Source: Gemmatimonadota bacterium | GTDB lineage: Bacteria; Gemmatimonadota; Gemmatimonadetes; Gemmatimonadales; GWC2-71-9 | Assembly (NCBI GenBank): GCA_036679605.1 | Contig: JAZDCZ010000250.1 | Location: 1 to 57,400, forward strand | DNA length: 57,400 nt | Direction: 5' to 3' | Part shown: positions 36,157 to 47,333 of the stretch, one piece after another | Position numbering within the stretch: the stretch's first letter is position 1 | Layout of the letters: each line of letters opens with the position of its first letter | The notes under the pieces: model-generated | What the model was told of the DNA's origin: nothing | Seen by the model: only the letters and a program-made list of their open reading frames with translations | Databases searched by the model: none | Made by a program: the position numbers and the translations under genes

Positions 36157-37388
36157 GTCGAATCGACTGCGGCAGGGACGGACAAGATCGTCTCCGCTGC
36201 TGTCTCATGACCCAGCACGTTTGCCGCTCGTGCGACGATAAGATACTTGGTGCCTGGGATGAGGGGGGTGACCAACCGGACGTGCCAATCCGCACTGAGC
36301 TTTGGTCGCGTCGCGAGCAATCGGACTACATGGCCTGTGTCCGGGACCGTTTGGGTCAGTTGAATCTGTGCAGCGGTATCTACTGCCGCAGCGACCGAGT
36401 CAGCCGCTGCCGAGTCGGCCGCCGCCGAGTCGGCTTCCTGCGGCTGTTCTGCGGCCTGTGCTGCCTTCCTTACGGAGTCCTCTGCCGCCTTCACCGAATC
36501 GTAGGTCGTGGCGTTCCAAACTGCCGCAATTGTCACAGGTTGACTATCCGGCAGCGAGAGAAACTCGACGGCCGTGTCGACCGGAATGCCCGGTTGTAGC
36601 ATCAGAGTGAAGTTGAGCCGCACTGTAACACTGTCCACCAACACAGCATTCCGTATTCTCGGACCGATGCTGTCGTGCGAGAACGCCCACAATACGGCCG
36701 ACACGGTGGAATCAAGTTGTACGGTTACCGAATCGAACCACTCACGGAAATCACGCTGTCTATTGCTATTCTTGTCGATGGTCCCCGATAGAATGTACTG
36801 ACCGGGCGGCAGCGAGGCGAAGTCGAAGTCGCCCAGCGAATCGGCCTCCGCAAAATAGACTAGGGAGTCTGGTAGGAGGGTCAATTCGACGAGCGCACGC
36901 GGTGCACCTCGTCCCTCTTCCCAGTTCAGCACAGTGCCGCTGACCCTCGTTGCGGGAATCTCTCCACCAGTTGAAAAGATTATGGTACGAGCCGAGTCGA
37001 GTCGGTTGTTCCGCAAATCGGCGATTCCTCGGAGCAGTGTGAGATTGTAGACAATGTTGGGAATCCAACCACCCTTTGGCCTTATCTCTATGGCGCTGCG
37101 CTTCCAAGAAACGTCTATCTCCTCCGCTCGGGGAGACAATAGGATCAAGTTTTCGAGACCGTTACCCGACCGTTCGCTTATGACCTCATCGAATTGGATG
37201 ACCAGGTCGTCGTCGAATCCATCGACCACGGCCCCCGAGTCCGGTGTAATACTGAGTATGACGGGGGGGTCGAAGTCGGGAGGACCGCCCGGCGGCGCTC
37301 CCATACTGGCGCACGCGGTGGATAGGGCGGCGGCTAGCAGCCCAAGGCGCGCAGCTTTGTCGAGAGGATCTCTCGCTGCTCTTGCCAC
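36153..37388 (-). CDS. Ig-like (Big_5) domain lipoprotein
   Basis: Lipobox STAC, CAS…PPGGPPD..PP, F.E.I motif, low-complexity ADSAA repeats; start uncertain. Confidence 0.8.
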   Translation of the reverse strand: MARAARDPLDKAARLGLLAAALSTACASMGAPPGGPPDFDPPVILSITPDSGAVVDGFDDDLVIQFDEVISERSGNGLENLILLSPRAEEIDVSWKRSAIEIRPKGGWIPNIVYNLTLLRGIADLRNNRLDSARTIIFSTGGEIPATRVSGTVLNWEEGRGAPRALVELTLLPDSLVYFAEADSLGDFDFASLPPGQYILSGTIDKNSNRQRDFREWFDSVTVQLDSTVSAVLWAFSHDSIGPRIRNAVLVDSVTVRLNFTLMLQPGIPVDTAVEFLSLPDSQPVTIAAVWNATTYDSVKAAEDSVRKAAQAAEQPQEADSAAADSAAADSVAAAVDTAAQIQLTQTVPDTGHVVRLLATRPKLSADWHVRLVTPLIPGTKYLIVARAANVLGHETAAETILSVPAAVDST

Positions 37389-40009
37389 GACCGCTCCTTC
37401 TCGCGCTCCCGCTGCACGACTTCAGCGGGCGCACGGCTCACGAATTGTCCGTTGCTGAGTTTTGCTGTTACCCCCGACAAGAGAGTTCGCAATCGCTCGA
37501 CTTCTGCTGCGAGTCGAGCGCATTCCTTTTCTATGTCGATTGCGTCCCCTAGAGGTATGAAGACGGCGGACCCGTCAGAGAGCACCGAGTGCGCTCCTAT
37601 CTCTTCGGGACTCTCGTGATCGATCGTCAATTCGCCGATCTTTGCCAGCCTCAGAATGGTTTGTCGTTCCGACTCGAAAGCACTCCGCGCATCTTCGTCG
37701 GCAGGCTGCACCGCCGCACGCACCGATGTAGACGGGGGAACGTGATACTCGGCCCGAGTGGTTCTAACAGCAGTGACGAGTTGCTGTATGCGGCCGAACA
37801 AGTCTTCTGCCTCGGTGTCGATCATCGCGTCATCGGCGACCGGCCAGGCAGTCGAAGCCAACAGTTGGTCGGATGCGCCAGGAACGTTACGCCACAATTC
37901 CTCCGTCAAGAAGGGCATTATCGGGTGCAGTAGTTTCAAAGCGGTGCGAAACACAAGGCTCAATACGCTGCGCGCTGTCTCTCCACCGTCTGACGAACCG
38001 TACAGGCGGGGTTTGACTTGCTCAACGTACCAGTCAGCCAACTCATTCCAAACGAAGTGATAGATCTCAGTGGCGGCGTCGTTGAGCCGGAACCGCTCAT
38101 ACGCGTTCGTGACGGAGCGGATAGTGTGCTGGCACCGCGCCAGAATCCAGCGGTCCGCTAGTTCGAGTTGTGCGGAGTCTATTGTTTCGACGGGGCTCCC
38201 CAATCCGTCCAGATTGGTAATGATGAAGCGACCGACGTTCCACAGTTTGTTGGCGAAGTTGCGGCCGGAAGCGAAGGACGCTTCAAGATCGTCGGGGTCG
38301 AGGATCACGTCGGTGCCTGCCGCACCTCCCGCCACCAGCGTAAACCTGAAGGCGTCCGCACCGAATAGCGCTACGACTTCAAGTGGATCGATCCCGTTGC
38401 CGGCGGATTTCGACATCTTGCGATGGTTGGTGTCGCGAACGATACCGTTGAGGTAAACGGTGTCGAACGGTCGATCACCCAAGAACCGGTAGCCGGACAT
38501 GACCATGCGGGCCACCCAGAAGAAGATGATGTCCGGTCCGGTAACCAAGGTGCTCCCCGGATAAAATCGGTCTACATCCGCAGTTTTCTCGGGCCAGCCC
38601 AAAGTCGCGAACGGCCACAACCACGAGGAAAACCAGGTGTCCAGGACATCTTCGTCCTGTCGAACCGCACCGCCGCATTTCTCACAGGCCGAGGGGTTGT
38701 CCATGGTCACCGTTATGTGATCACAGCTCTCCGCCTCACAGTACCACGCGGGAATTCGATGACCCCACCAAAGCTGACGTGAGATGTTCCAATCGCGAAT
38801 CTGCGTCAGCCAGTTCTCGTAGACGCCGCCCCACCGTTCAGGTACGAACTTGAGTTTGCCCTCGCGGTAGGCGGCCAGCGCAGGTTCTGCCAGCGGCTCC
38901 ATTCGAACGAACCATTGATCTGACAGTCGCGGCTCGACGATCGTGTTACATCGGTAGCAGTGTCTCACCGCGTGGCTGTACGGATCGATGCGCTCCAACT
39001 GATCTGCTGCGCGCAACCGATCGATTATGAGCTTACGTACATCGGTTCTGTCCAGCCCCTGAAGTCCAGTGGGGACGCGTGGATCGTCGCCCATCTGAGC
39101 CTCTTCAGTCATGATGATCGGACGGTCGAATCCGCCCAGCGCGTCAGCTATGTCAAAATCGTTGGCGTCGTGAGCCGGAGTGACCTTGAGCATCCCGGTG
39201 CCGAAATCTTGCTCAACCGCGGTGCTGACCCGGATAGGTATCTCGATGCCGGACAGCGGGATCTCCACTTTGGCGCCGTCAAGTTCCTTGAATCGGTCGT
39301 CCTCCGGATGAAACACGAGACAAACATCGCCGAACATCGTCTCAGGTCGGGTCGTCGCGACGACGACGTGTCCCTCTCGACCACAAAGCTTGTACCTGAT
39401 GTAGTACAGGTGATCGTCACGATCGCGGAACTCAGCCTCTTCGTCGGATAGTGACGTGAGACAACGTGGGCACCAGTGGATCACCCGTTGGCCCCGGTAT
39501 ACCAGCCCCTCTTGGTGCAAGCTGACGAAGACGGTCCGCACGGCGCGCGAGTACTGCTCGTCAAAAGTGAAGCGGGTCCGTGACCAATCACACGAACATC
39601 CGATAGCCTTGAGCTGTTTCAGGATGGAATCGCCGGTCTTGTCGACGTGCTGCCAGACGCGCTCGAGGAACTTCTCACGTCCAATGTCGTGCCGGGTCAG
39701 GCCCTCCTCCCCCAGGAGCCGCTCCACAACGTTCTGGGTGGCAATGCCGGCGTGATCCGTGCCGGGAAGCCACAACGCTTCGCGGCCCCGCATGCGCTCG
39801 AACCGGATCAACGCGTCCTGCAGCGTATTGTTGAGACCATGTCCCGTATGCAGTATCGCTGTTACGTTCGGTGGCGGAATCACGATCACGTACGGCTCTT
39901 TCGTGGAGTCGACGGATGCACGAAACACACCGGCGTCCAGCCATCGCTGGTACGTGTCGGTCTCGATCGCAGAGGGATCGTATTGGGGAGCTAGGGTCGT
40001 GGTTGGCAT
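37334..40009 (-). CDS. valS: Valine--tRNA ligase
   Basis: PPPNVT..LHTGH, DHAGIATQ, ATTRPET, ISRQLWWGH, DVLDTWFSS, KMSKS, C-terminal coiled coil. Confidence 0.98.
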   Translation of the reverse strand: MPTTTLAPQYDPSAIETDTYQRWLDAGVFRASVDSTKEPYVIVIPPPNVTAILHTGHGLNNTLQDALIRFERMRGREALWLPGTDHAGIATQNVVERLLGEEGLTRHDIGREKFLERVWQHVDKTGDSILKQLKAIGCSCDWSRTRFTFDEQYSRAVRTVFVSLHQEGLVYRGQRVIHWCPRCLTSLSDEEAEFRDRDDHLYYIRYKLCGREGHVVVATTRPETMFGDVCLVFHPEDDRFKELDGAKVEIPLSGIEIPIRVSTAVEQDFGTGMLKVTPAHDANDFDIADALGGFDRPIIMTEEAQMGDDPRVPTGLQGLDRTDVRKLIIDRLRAADQLERIDPYSHAVRHCYRCNTIVEPRLSDQWFVRMEPLAEPALAAYREGKLKFVPERWGGVYENWLTQIRDWNISRQLWWGHRIPAWYCEAESCDHITVTMDNPSACEKCGGAVRQDEDVLDTWFSSWLWPFATLGWPEKTADVDRFYPGSTLVTGPDIIFFWVARMVMSGYRFLGDRPFDTVYLNGIVRDTNHRKMSKSAGNGIDPLEVVALFGADAFRFTLVAGGAAGTDVILDPDDLEASFASGRNFANKLWNVGRFIITNLDGLGSPVETIDSAQLELADRWILARCQHTIRSVTNAYERFRLNDAATEIYHFVWNELADWYVEQVKPRLYGSSDGGETARSVLSLVFRTALKLLHPIMPFLTEELWRNVPGASDQLLASTAWPVADDAMIDTEAEDLFGRIQQLVTAVRTTRAEYHVPPSTSVRAAVQPADEDARSAFESERQTILRLAKIGELTIDHESPEEIGAHSVLSDGSAVFIPLGDAIDIEKECARLAAEVERLRTLLSGVTAKLSNGQFVSRAPAEVVQREREKERSWQEQREILSTKLRALGC

Positions 40010-40033
40010 TGGAGGTTCAGCTGGAGCCTGCGA

Positions 40034-40486
40034 TCAATCCTTGTCCAACGCCAGTGTGACCTTGCGAGGTGCGGTATCCTGCCCCTCGACCAGTACTCGG
40101 TTGACCACTACATCGGCGCCCGGCACCTGGTTGGCAATTTCACCCGCTAACTCTCGCAACGATTCGTCGGGCACCACTCCAGTGACATCGACGATGCCGT
40201 CCCCCAGCGCCTCGGCGTCTAGGTCGAACTCCCTGAGATGGGGACTTTCCCCAAAGGCAGTCTTGATGGCCTGTTCGAGACCGTCCAGGTCTTCTTGAGG
40301 CTCACCTGATTCGGCCGAGCGAACTCGCCGTACCGCCCTCTTCACTGGTTCGGCGCCGACGTCGCCTAGCCACTCCCATAGAATGAGACCGGTGACAACG
40401 CCGATTCCAATTCCCAACGCCGCCGAGAGCGCGATGCCCGTAACTCTGTCGTCTTCTTGCCTTACGCTTACCAAGTAACCTCCCAT
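40034..40486 (-). CDS. Membrane-anchored BON domain protein
   Basis: N-terminal TM; GIVDVTG.V…A..VPGADVVVNRV. Confidence 0.8.
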   Translation of the reverse strand: MGGYLVSVRQEDDRVTGIALSAALGIGIGVVTGLILWEWLGDVGAEPVKRAVRRVRSAESGEPQEDLDGLEQAIKTAFGESPHLREFDLDAEALGDGIVDVTGVVPDESLRELAGEIANQVPGADVVVNRVLVEGQDTAPRKVTLALDKD

Positions 40487-40551
40487 GGCACCCCTTGAGT
40501 GCCCATGCTACAATATATACGAACGCAACCAACTTCATCGGTATAGTGACA

Positions 40552-40719
40552 ATGTCTGTGGATCCAGTCAAAAATCTCGTTTCAGAGCGCGCGCTTGTTC
40601 TCACAGCAGTTTTGGGTGCGCTCATCCTGGCTGGGATAGTGTTGTTTCTGGTCTTTTTTGACGACGTTGAGCCGGTGATGCTGACGTTAGCCACACACGT
40701 GGATATATCAATTCTATGA
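40552..40719 (+). CDS. Small single-TM hypothetical protein coupled to thrS
   Basis: Hydrophobic helix; stop overlaps the thrS start as ATGA. Confidence 0.45.
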   Translation: MSVDPVKNLVSERALVLTAVLGALILAGIVLFLVFFDDVEPVMLTLATHVDISIL

Positions 40720-42680
40720 GCGATTCGATTCGTATTACTCTACCAGACGGCTCGGAACGGAAGGTACCTGCCGGGACACCGGCGCGCTCGATAGCAGAGG
40801 CCGCCGGGCCACGCCTAGCGCGCGCAGCGATCGCTGCCGACGTCAACGGCGAAGTCTGGGACTTGGACCGACCCATCAGCCATGACGCCTCCGTCGAGAT
40901 TCTTACCGATGATGACCCACGTGCGCTCGATGTTCTGCGGCATTCGATGGCGCACATCCTGGCGACGGCCGTGCGACAAATGTTCCCCGAGGTCAACATA
41001 GGGTTCGGACCCGCGATCCAAGACGGGTTCTATTATGACTTCGAAGTCTCGCAGCCCTTTACTCCGGAAGATCTCGAGCAGATCGAAGCAAAGATGCGCG
41101 AAGTGGTACAGGCGAAGTACAAGTTCGTCCGGGAGGAAGTCGATCGTGCGGAGGCAGAACTTCGATTCAAGGACGATCCGTTAAAGCTCGAGCGCCTCTC
41201 GGAGCTAGGCGACGACGAGATCATTTCGGTTTACACCGACGGCCCGTTTGTCGACCTGTGCCGTGGTCCTCACGTCGAGCACACGGGCAAGGTCAAGCAT
41301 TTCAAACTGCTGCATGCTGCAGGCGCGTACTGGCGAGGTGATTCGAACAGGCAGATGCTGCAACGGATTTATGGAACGGCTTGGTTCAAGAAGTCGGACC
41401 TCGAGGCATATACGGAACGATTGGAGGAGGCTGCCAAGCGCGACCATCGTCTGCTGGGGAAAAATCTCGATCTTTTCAGCATCCACGAGGATATTGGTCC
41501 CGGATTGGTCCTGTGGCATCCACGCGGTGCGACGATACAGTTCGAGCTGCGGCGTTTCATCGAGGATGAGTTGCTCAGGAGGGATTACGAACTGGTATAC
41601 ACTCCGCATGTGACTCGAGAGGAGCTGTTTTTCCGTTCGGGTCATCTCCCCCTGTACGAGGGCAACCAGTTCCCCGCGATGGCGGCGGCCGGAGGCGATT
41701 CCTCAGATGTGAAGTACCGGGTCAAGCCGATGAATTGCCCGATGCATACACTGATATATGCGAGCGACCAGCGTTCGTACCGCGACCTACCGATCAGATT
41801 GGCCGAGATCGGCAACGTGTACCGGAACGAGCTGTCCGGTACACTCCATGGTCTGTTGCGCGTACGTGGGCTGACCATGGATGACGCTCACGTTTTCTGT
41901 CGGGAAGATCAGATCGAGAACGAAATCTTCCAGATAATGGATCTAGTGGACGCTGTTCTTGGCCGTACGTTTGGATTTGCCTATCGGATCGACATGGCAA
42001 CAAGACCGGAAAAGAAGATCGGCACCGACGAAATGTGGCAGGTGGCCGAAGATGCGCTGCGAGGCGCGTTAGACAGGCGGGGGTCGGTCTACGGAATAGA
42101 CGAGGGTGGAGGAGCATTCTACGGACCAAAGATAGACGTCAAACTGGAAGACGCCATCGGGCGCGAGTGGCAAAGCTCAACGATCCAGCTCGACTACCAA
42201 CTTCCGGAGCGCTTCCAGTTGGAGTACACAGGTAGCGACAACAAACCTCACCGGCCAGTCATGATTCACCGTGCGGTCTTCGGGACCTTGGAGCGTTTCG
42301 TGGGGTGTTTGATCGAGCACTTCGCCGGCGCGTTTCCGGTGTGGCTCTCGCCCGAGCAGGTGCGTGTGCTTCCTATCTCGGAAGAACAAAGTGAAGCAGC
42401 GCACAAAATACGGGACCGTCTGCGGGCGTCGAAAGTTCGATGTACGGTCGATGACCGCAGCGACACTCTGAATTACCGAATCCGGGAAGCGGAGTTACTA
42501 AAGGTGCCGTACATGGCGGTTGTGGGGAAGCGGGAGGTGGAGGACGGCACTGTCGCTGTGCGCGTTAGAGGGGCCGGCAAGAAACAACAGATTCTGAGTG
42601 TCCACGAGTTCGAGGCGAGGCTGACAGAGCTGATAAACAACCGAGACCTAGCGGTAGAGAATTTGAGTTCCGAAGGGTAG
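40716..42680 (+). CDS. thrS: Threonine--tRNA ligase
   Basis: TGS domain, RHSMAH, DLCRGPH, RDHR, KPMNCP, GAFYGPK, MIHRA. Confidence 0.98.
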   Translation: MSDSIRITLPDGSERKVPAGTPARSIAEAAGPRLARAAIAADVNGEVWDLDRPISHDASVEILTDDDPRALDVLRHSMAHILATAVRQMFPEVNIGFGPAIQDGFYYDFEVSQPFTPEDLEQIEAKMREVVQAKYKFVREEVDRAEAELRFKDDPLKLERLSELGDDEIISVYTDGPFVDLCRGPHVEHTGKVKHFKLLHAAGAYWRGDSNRQMLQRIYGTAWFKKSDLEAYTERLEEAAKRDHRLLGKNLDLFSIHEDIGPGLVLWHPRGATIQFELRRFIEDELLRRDYELVYTPHVTREELFFRSGHLPLYEGNQFPAMAAAGGDSSDVKYRVKPMNCPMHTLIYASDQRSYRDLPIRLAEIGNVYRNELSGTLHGLLRVRGLTMDDAHVFCREDQIENEIFQIMDLVDAVLGRTFGFAYRIDMATRPEKKIGTDEMWQVAEDALRGALDRRGSVYGIDEGGGAFYGPKIDVKLEDAIGREWQSSTIQLDYQLPERFQLEYTGSDNKPHRPVMIHRAVFGTLERFVGCLIEHFAGAFPVWLSPEQVRVLPISEEQSEAAHKIRDRLRASKVRCTVDDRSDTLNYRIREAELLKVPYMAVVGKREVEDGTVAVRVRGAGKKQQILSVHEFEARLTELINNRDLAVENLSSEG

Positions 42681-42693
42681 CTTTAGAGGCTAT

Positions 42694-43884
42694 ATGTCGA
42701 ATAAAGACAAGAACCCGGTCATACTGAGTGCAGTCAGGACGCCAGTGGGCAAATTTTTGGGCGGTTTGAGTTCGCTCGAAGCGCCCAAGTTGGGAGCGAT
42801 CGCCGTGCGCGAGGCGGTGAGCCGGGCAGGGATCGAACCCGACGCGGTCGAAGACGTGATCTTGGGCAATGTGGTGCAGGCAGGTGTGGGTCAGGCGCCT
42901 GCTCGCCAGGCTGCAATCCACGGCGGTATTCCGGCACAAGTGCCGGCTGTAACAATCAACAAGGTTTGCGGCTCCGGACTCAAGGCGGTCATGCTCGCTG
43001 CGCAGGCCATCAAAGCGGGTGACGCTGGGTGCGTCGTAGCGGGTGGAATGGAGTCAATGTCCAATGCACCGTTCTACTTGACGGGAATGCGCAGGGGATC
43101 CAAGTACGGCAATCAACCGCTGGTCGACGGTTTGCAGCACGACGGTCTGTGGTGCTCCTTTGGTGATACGGTGATGGGCACTTACGCCGAGTACACTGCA
43201 GAGAAAGCCGGCATAACTCGCGAGGAACAAGACGAGTTCGCACTTGCCAGTCACCAGAAGGGGGTTGAGGCGATTAACGGCTGCAGTTTTTCTGCGGAGA
43301 TCGTACCAGTGGACGTACCAGGTAGAAAGGGAACCACGGTCGTGGACAAGGACGAATGTCCGCGTTCAGATACATCGGTGGACGCGCTTGCGAAGTTGCG
43401 GCCCGCTTTCCAAAAGAACGGTACTGTCACGGCCGGCAACGCCCCGGGACTGAACGATGGTGCATCTGCATTAGTGGTTGCATCTGAAGCTTTTGCCGAG
43501 GCGCACGGGCTCGAGGTGTTTGCGCGGATCACGGGGTATGCGACGGGAGGCGGAGAGCCGAAGGATCTTTTCTTTGCGCCAATAGTCGCGGTTCAGAACC
43601 TCATGAAGAAGACTGGGACTACCATAGGCGATTACGGATTGATCGAGGCCAACGAAGCGTTCGCTGCCCAGGCTCTGGCCGACGGGAAAGCGCTCAGATG
43701 GGACTGGGATCGGGTGAACGTAAACGGTGGTGCGATCGCGATCGGCCACCCGTTGGGAGCGAGCGGGGCTCGCATTCTTAGCACCCTTCTCTACGCGATG
43801 TCCCATAGAGGGGTAACCACGGGACTCGCAACTCTTTGCCTCGGTGGCGGAAACGCCGTAGCCCTAAGCGTGGAGCGTAACTAA
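42694..43884 (+). CDS. Acetyl-CoA C-acetyltransferase (thiolase)
   Basis: [26 protein letters not shown]. Confidence 0.96.
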   Translation: MSNKDKNPVILSAVRTPVGKFLGGLSSLEAPKLGAIAVREAVSRAGIEPDAVEDVILGNVVQAGVGQAPARQAAIHGGIPAQVPAVTINKVCGSGLKAVMLAAQAIKAGDAGCVVAGGMESMSNAPFYLTGMRRGSKYGNQPLVDGLQHDGLWCSFGDTVMGTYAEYTAEKAGITREEQDEFALASHQKGVEAINGCSFSAEIVPVDVPGRKGTTVVDKDECPRSDTSVDALAKLRPAFQKNGTVTAGNAPGLNDGASALVVASEAFAEAHGLEVFARITGYATGGGEPKDLFFAPIVAVQNLMKKTGTTIGDYGLIEANEAFAAQALADGKALRWDWDRVNVNGGAIAIGHPLGASGARILSTLLYAMSHRGVTTGLATLCLGGGNAVALSVERN

Positions 43885-43887
43885 CTG

Positions 43888-44457
43888 ATGAATACGATAA
43901 ACACGACTCAACAGCTCAAGATGACCCCGAACGCCGTGGTGCGGCGCTCCCTAGCGGTCTTGGCGGGAGCACTCCTCGTCGCTCTCGGGGCACAGGCTTC
44001 AATTCCGCTTCCCGGTACACCGGTCCCCATGACGCTTCAGGTTCCTGCGGTCCTGATCGTTGGCGGTCTGCTCGGACCGCACTTGGGAGCGGCGAGTCTT
44101 GCGGTCTATCTGGCGCTGGGGGCGGGTGGGTTACCCGTTTTCTCGCCGGTAGGTGTGCCTGGTGTGGCGAGACTGTTCGGACCGACCGGTGGGTATCTCT
44201 TGGCCTATCCTTTGGCAGCGGCAGTGGTCGGAAGGTTCGCCTCGAGAGAAGGGTTCGTCTTGCTGGGTGTGGGGTTAGTGGTTGGGCTACTTACGATTCA
44301 CATCGGCGGTGTCGCTCAACTCGCTATTCTGGGAGGAGACGTTCGAGCCGCTGTTGTGGTGGGGTCGATGCCGTTCCTGTTGAGCGACCTTGCGAAGCTC
44401 GTCGTAGCCGGTCTCGTCATCCGGCGCCTCGCATCAAGAACTAACGCGCTCCTCTGA
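43888..44457 (+). CDS. bioY: Biotin transporter BioY
   Basis: PVPMTLQ, GLPVFS, GPTGGYLLAY, PFLLSDLAK. Confidence 0.93.
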   Translation: MNTINTTQQLKMTPNAVVRRSLAVLAGALLVALGAQASIPLPGTPVPMTLQVPAVLIVGGLLGPHLGAASLAVYLALGAGGLPVFSPVGVPGVARLFGPTGGYLLAYPLAAAVVGRFASREGFVLLGVGLVVGLLTIHIGGVAQLAILGGDVRAAVVVGSMPFLLSDLAKLVVAGLVIRRLASRTNALL

Positions 44458-44485
44458 GAGCGCGTTAGTCGCGTTAGGGATTGAA

Positions 44486-45316
44486 TTGCGGGACCTGATC
44501 AAGGCCCTGGGTGCGGTAGGGGGGTTTTACGTGATGGTGGCGATAGGGGTGGTCATCTTGGTGGTGCTCATGCCTTCGACCTGGACTGAAGGCACGGCCC
44601 TAATGCTCTCGTCGTCGGGAGCGATCGTTGTTGCGGGGCTCGTTGTGTATGGGATTCTTATCGGCACTGGCCGTACGAGTTGGGCTACTGTGGGGTGGCC
44701 CGGAATCGGAACGGCTGCGAAGGGCTTCGCGGTAGCGCTGGCAGTGGGGATGGGAATGGCCGTAGCAGCATTGGCTCTGGCGTTGGTTCTGGGTGACGCG
44801 AGCATCCACGTCGCGACGGGTACGATCGGGGCGTATGTTGGGACGGCGGCCGAACTGGCTGGAGTATTGCTCGTGGCGGCCTTAGCTGAGGAACTGTTGT
44901 TTCGGGGATACCCGCTTGCGCGACTCTCCTCGGTAATGGGCAAGGCGGTGGCGAGTATTGTGCTCGCAGTAGCCTTCGCGATGGCCCACTTGGCAAATCC
45001 GAGTGTTTCGACACTAGCTCTAGTCAATATAGGATTGGCCTCGCTCGTGTTGAGCGCCGCTTTCTTTACGCCGGGCGCACTGACGGCGGCGTGGGGGCTC
45101 CACTGGGGCTGGAACATGGGGTTGAGTTTGGTGGAGGCACCGGTTAGCGGCGTGACTTTCGATCTGCCGGCTCTGGATTTTTCGGTCGGCGGTCCCAGGT
45201 GGTTTACCGGAGGACAGTTCGGGCCTGAGGGGGGGTTGGTCAGTTCTATCGTCTTGATGTCAACGCTGGTGCTCTTGACACGGCGCTACAGAACGATGAA
45301 GGAGAGAATATCGTAG
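44486..45316 (+). CDS. CPBP/Abi family intramembrane metalloprotease
   Basis: EELLFRG, FAMAH..N, HWGWN, FGPEGG. Confidence 0.9.
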   Translation: MRDLIKALGAVGGFYVMVAIGVVILVVLMPSTWTEGTALMLSSSGAIVVAGLVVYGILIGTGRTSWATVGWPGIGTAAKGFAVALAVGMGMAVAALALALVLGDASIHVATGTIGAYVGTAAELAGVLLVAALAEELLFRGYPLARLSSVMGKAVASIVLAVAFAMAHLANPSVSTLALVNIGLASLVLSAAFFTPGALTAAWGLHWGWNMGLSLVEAPVSGVTFDLPALDFSVGGPRWFTGGQFGPEGGLVSSIVLMSTLVLLTRRYRTMKERIS

Positions 45317-46161
45317 TGAAAGAGATGGCAGTTGTCGGGGCAGGCACCATGGGCAACGGTATTGCTCATGTGTTTGCTCAAGGCGGATGGAACGTCACTT
45401 TGATCGATGTTGTTAAGGCACAACTCGACGGCGCGCTTGCCCAGATCCGCAAGAACATGGAGCGCCAGGTCAACAAGGGCGTCATATCCGAGGAAGAAAG
45501 GACGGCATCTGTCAACCGGATCAGTACTGCGCAATCACTGGATGCTGCGACGACGGCTATGCTCGTAGTGGAGGCCGCTAGTGAGTCGTCAGAGATCAAG
45601 TTTGGAATTTTTGAGACTCTGGACGACCAAACCCCTGCTGAAACCATACTCGCAAGCAACACCTCGTCCATTTCGATCACCGAGATAGCCGCACGGACCA
45701 AGCGTCCGGACAAAGTCATTGGAATGCACTTCATGAATCCGGTCCCAGTGATGAAGCTCGTTGAAGTTATCCGTGGGCTTGGAACGTCGGATGAGACAAC
45801 GACGTTTGTATTGGAGACCGCTAAGGCGCTCCAGAAGGAGCCGGTCGAGGTCAATGACTATCCCGGATTCGTTGCCAATCGGGTGCTGATGCCGATGATC
45901 AATGAAGCCATCTATTGCGTGATGGAAGGTGTGGCGGAACCAGAGGCGGTCGATACGGTGATGAAGTTGGGCATGAATCATCCAATGGGACCATTGACAC
46001 TAGCGGATCTGATCGGCCTGGACGTGTGCCTGTCGATACTCGAAGTTTTACATGAGGGGTTGGGGGATCCAAAGTATCGTGCATGCCCCCTCCTCAGAAA
46101 GATGGTGGCCGCCGGGCGGTTGGGGCGTAAGAGCGGCCGTGGATTCTATGACTACAGCTGA
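45316..46161 (+). CDS. hbd: 3-hydroxybutyryl-CoA dehydrogenase
   Basis: [35 protein letters not shown]. Confidence 0.93.
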   Translation: MKEMAVVGAGTMGNGIAHVFAQGGWNVTLIDVVKAQLDGALAQIRKNMERQVNKGVISEEERTASVNRISTAQSLDAATTAMLVVEAASESSEIKFGIFETLDDQTPAETILASNTSSISITEIAARTKRPDKVIGMHFMNPVPVMKLVEVIRGLGTSDETTTFVLETAKALQKEPVEVNDYPGFVANRVLMPMINEAIYCVMEGVAEPEAVDTVMKLGMNHPMGPLTLADLIGLDVCLSILEVLHEGLGDPKYRACPLLRKMVAAGRLGRKSGRGFYDYS

Positions 46162-47314
46162 GCTGCTAGAACAAGTTGAGGAGCAGCGCCGCGAATTCGT
46201 GGCGTTGGCGCGTGACTTTGCGCGCCAAGAACTGGCTCCGCATGCCGCCGAGTGGGACCACAACAAACAATCCTCACCCGAGGTCCAGCGACAATTGGCT
46301 GAGTTAGGCTTCTTCGGTTTGCTGATCCCCGAGGAATACGGTGGTCTTGGACTCGACATACTCACCTATGTCATGATACTCGAGGAGATCGCGACCGCCG
46401 ATGCGTCGACCTCGATCACTCTTTCGGTGCACAATTCGCTTGCCGCGAGCATGCTTGTTGCGCAGGCCAGCGAACAGCAGAAGGAGAAGTGGCTTGGCCC
46501 GATGGCGCGGGGCGAACTGATCGCTGCCTACTCACTCTCAGAGGCCGACAGCGGTTCCGATGCGGTGTCGATGAGAGCCCAAGCCGTGCGGGATGGCAGT
46601 GAATGGATCTTGAACGGAATGAAGGCGTGGGTTACGAACGGCAACACGGCCGACGTGATCGTCATTATGGTTCGCACAGACACGCCCGAGGATAGGCGTG
46701 GCGCGCACGGGATCTCGGCGTTCATTGTCCCGCGGGACACGAAGGGTGTTACGTCAGGGGAACCGGAGGACAAGATGGGTCTCCGCGCATCCCCGACCGT
46801 TACCGTTACACTGGCGGATGTGCGGCTTGGGAGTGAACATCTCTTGGGTGAGGAAGGTCAGGGTTTCATCTATGCGCTGCAGTCTTTGAACCGTGGCCGA
46901 CTTGGTGTGGCAGCGCAGGCAATTGGGATCGCTCAGGCGGCACTGGATCACTCCATACGTTACAGTGCGGAAAGGAAGCAGTTCGAGACGCCGATAAAGA
47001 ACTTTCAGGCGATTCAGTTCAAGCTAGCCGATATGGCCACGCGAATTGCCGCAGCGCGCTCTTTGCTGTATGAGACTGCTGGCCTGACGGACCTTGGCGA
47101 AGATTTGGGCATCCGTTCTAGCATGGCGAAACTGTTTGCTTCAGAGACTGCCATGTGGGTGACTACTCAGGCAGTGCAGATCTTTGGCGGATACGGATAC
47201 ATGCGGGACTATCCAGTTGAGCGGCTGTTTCGCGAAGCAAAGTTGACCGAAATCTATGAGGGAACAAGTGAAATCCAGAGAATCATTATTGGCAGAGGAC
47301 TCCACGATCACTAG
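46148..47314 (+). CDS. Acyl-CoA dehydrogenase (short/branched-chain type)
   Basis: [36 protein letters not shown]…YPVER…[10 protein letters not shown]. Confidence 0.95.
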   Translation: MTTAELLEQVEEQRREFVALARDFARQELAPHAAEWDHNKQSSPEVQRQLAELGFFGLLIPEEYGGLGLDILTYVMILEEIATADASTSITLSVHNSLAASMLVAQASEQQKEKWLGPMARGELIAAYSLSEADSGSDAVSMRAQAVRDGSEWILNGMKAWVTNGNTADVIVIMVRTDTPEDRRGAHGISAFIVPRDTKGVTSGEPEDKMGLRASPTVTVTLADVRLGSEHLLGEEGQGFIYALQSLNRGRLGVAAQAIGIAQAALDHSIRYSAERKQFETPIKNFQAIQFKLADMATRIAAARSLLYETAGLTDLGEDLGIRSSMAKLFASETAMWVTTQAVQIFGGYGYMRDYPVERLFREAKLTEIYEGTSEIQRIIIGRGLHDH

Positions 47315-47333
47315 TGCCGATCGGGGACTCTCC

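Noticed and set aside
36390..36440. ADSAA repeats in the Ig-like lipoprotein
   Set aside because: Ordinary low-complexity linker.
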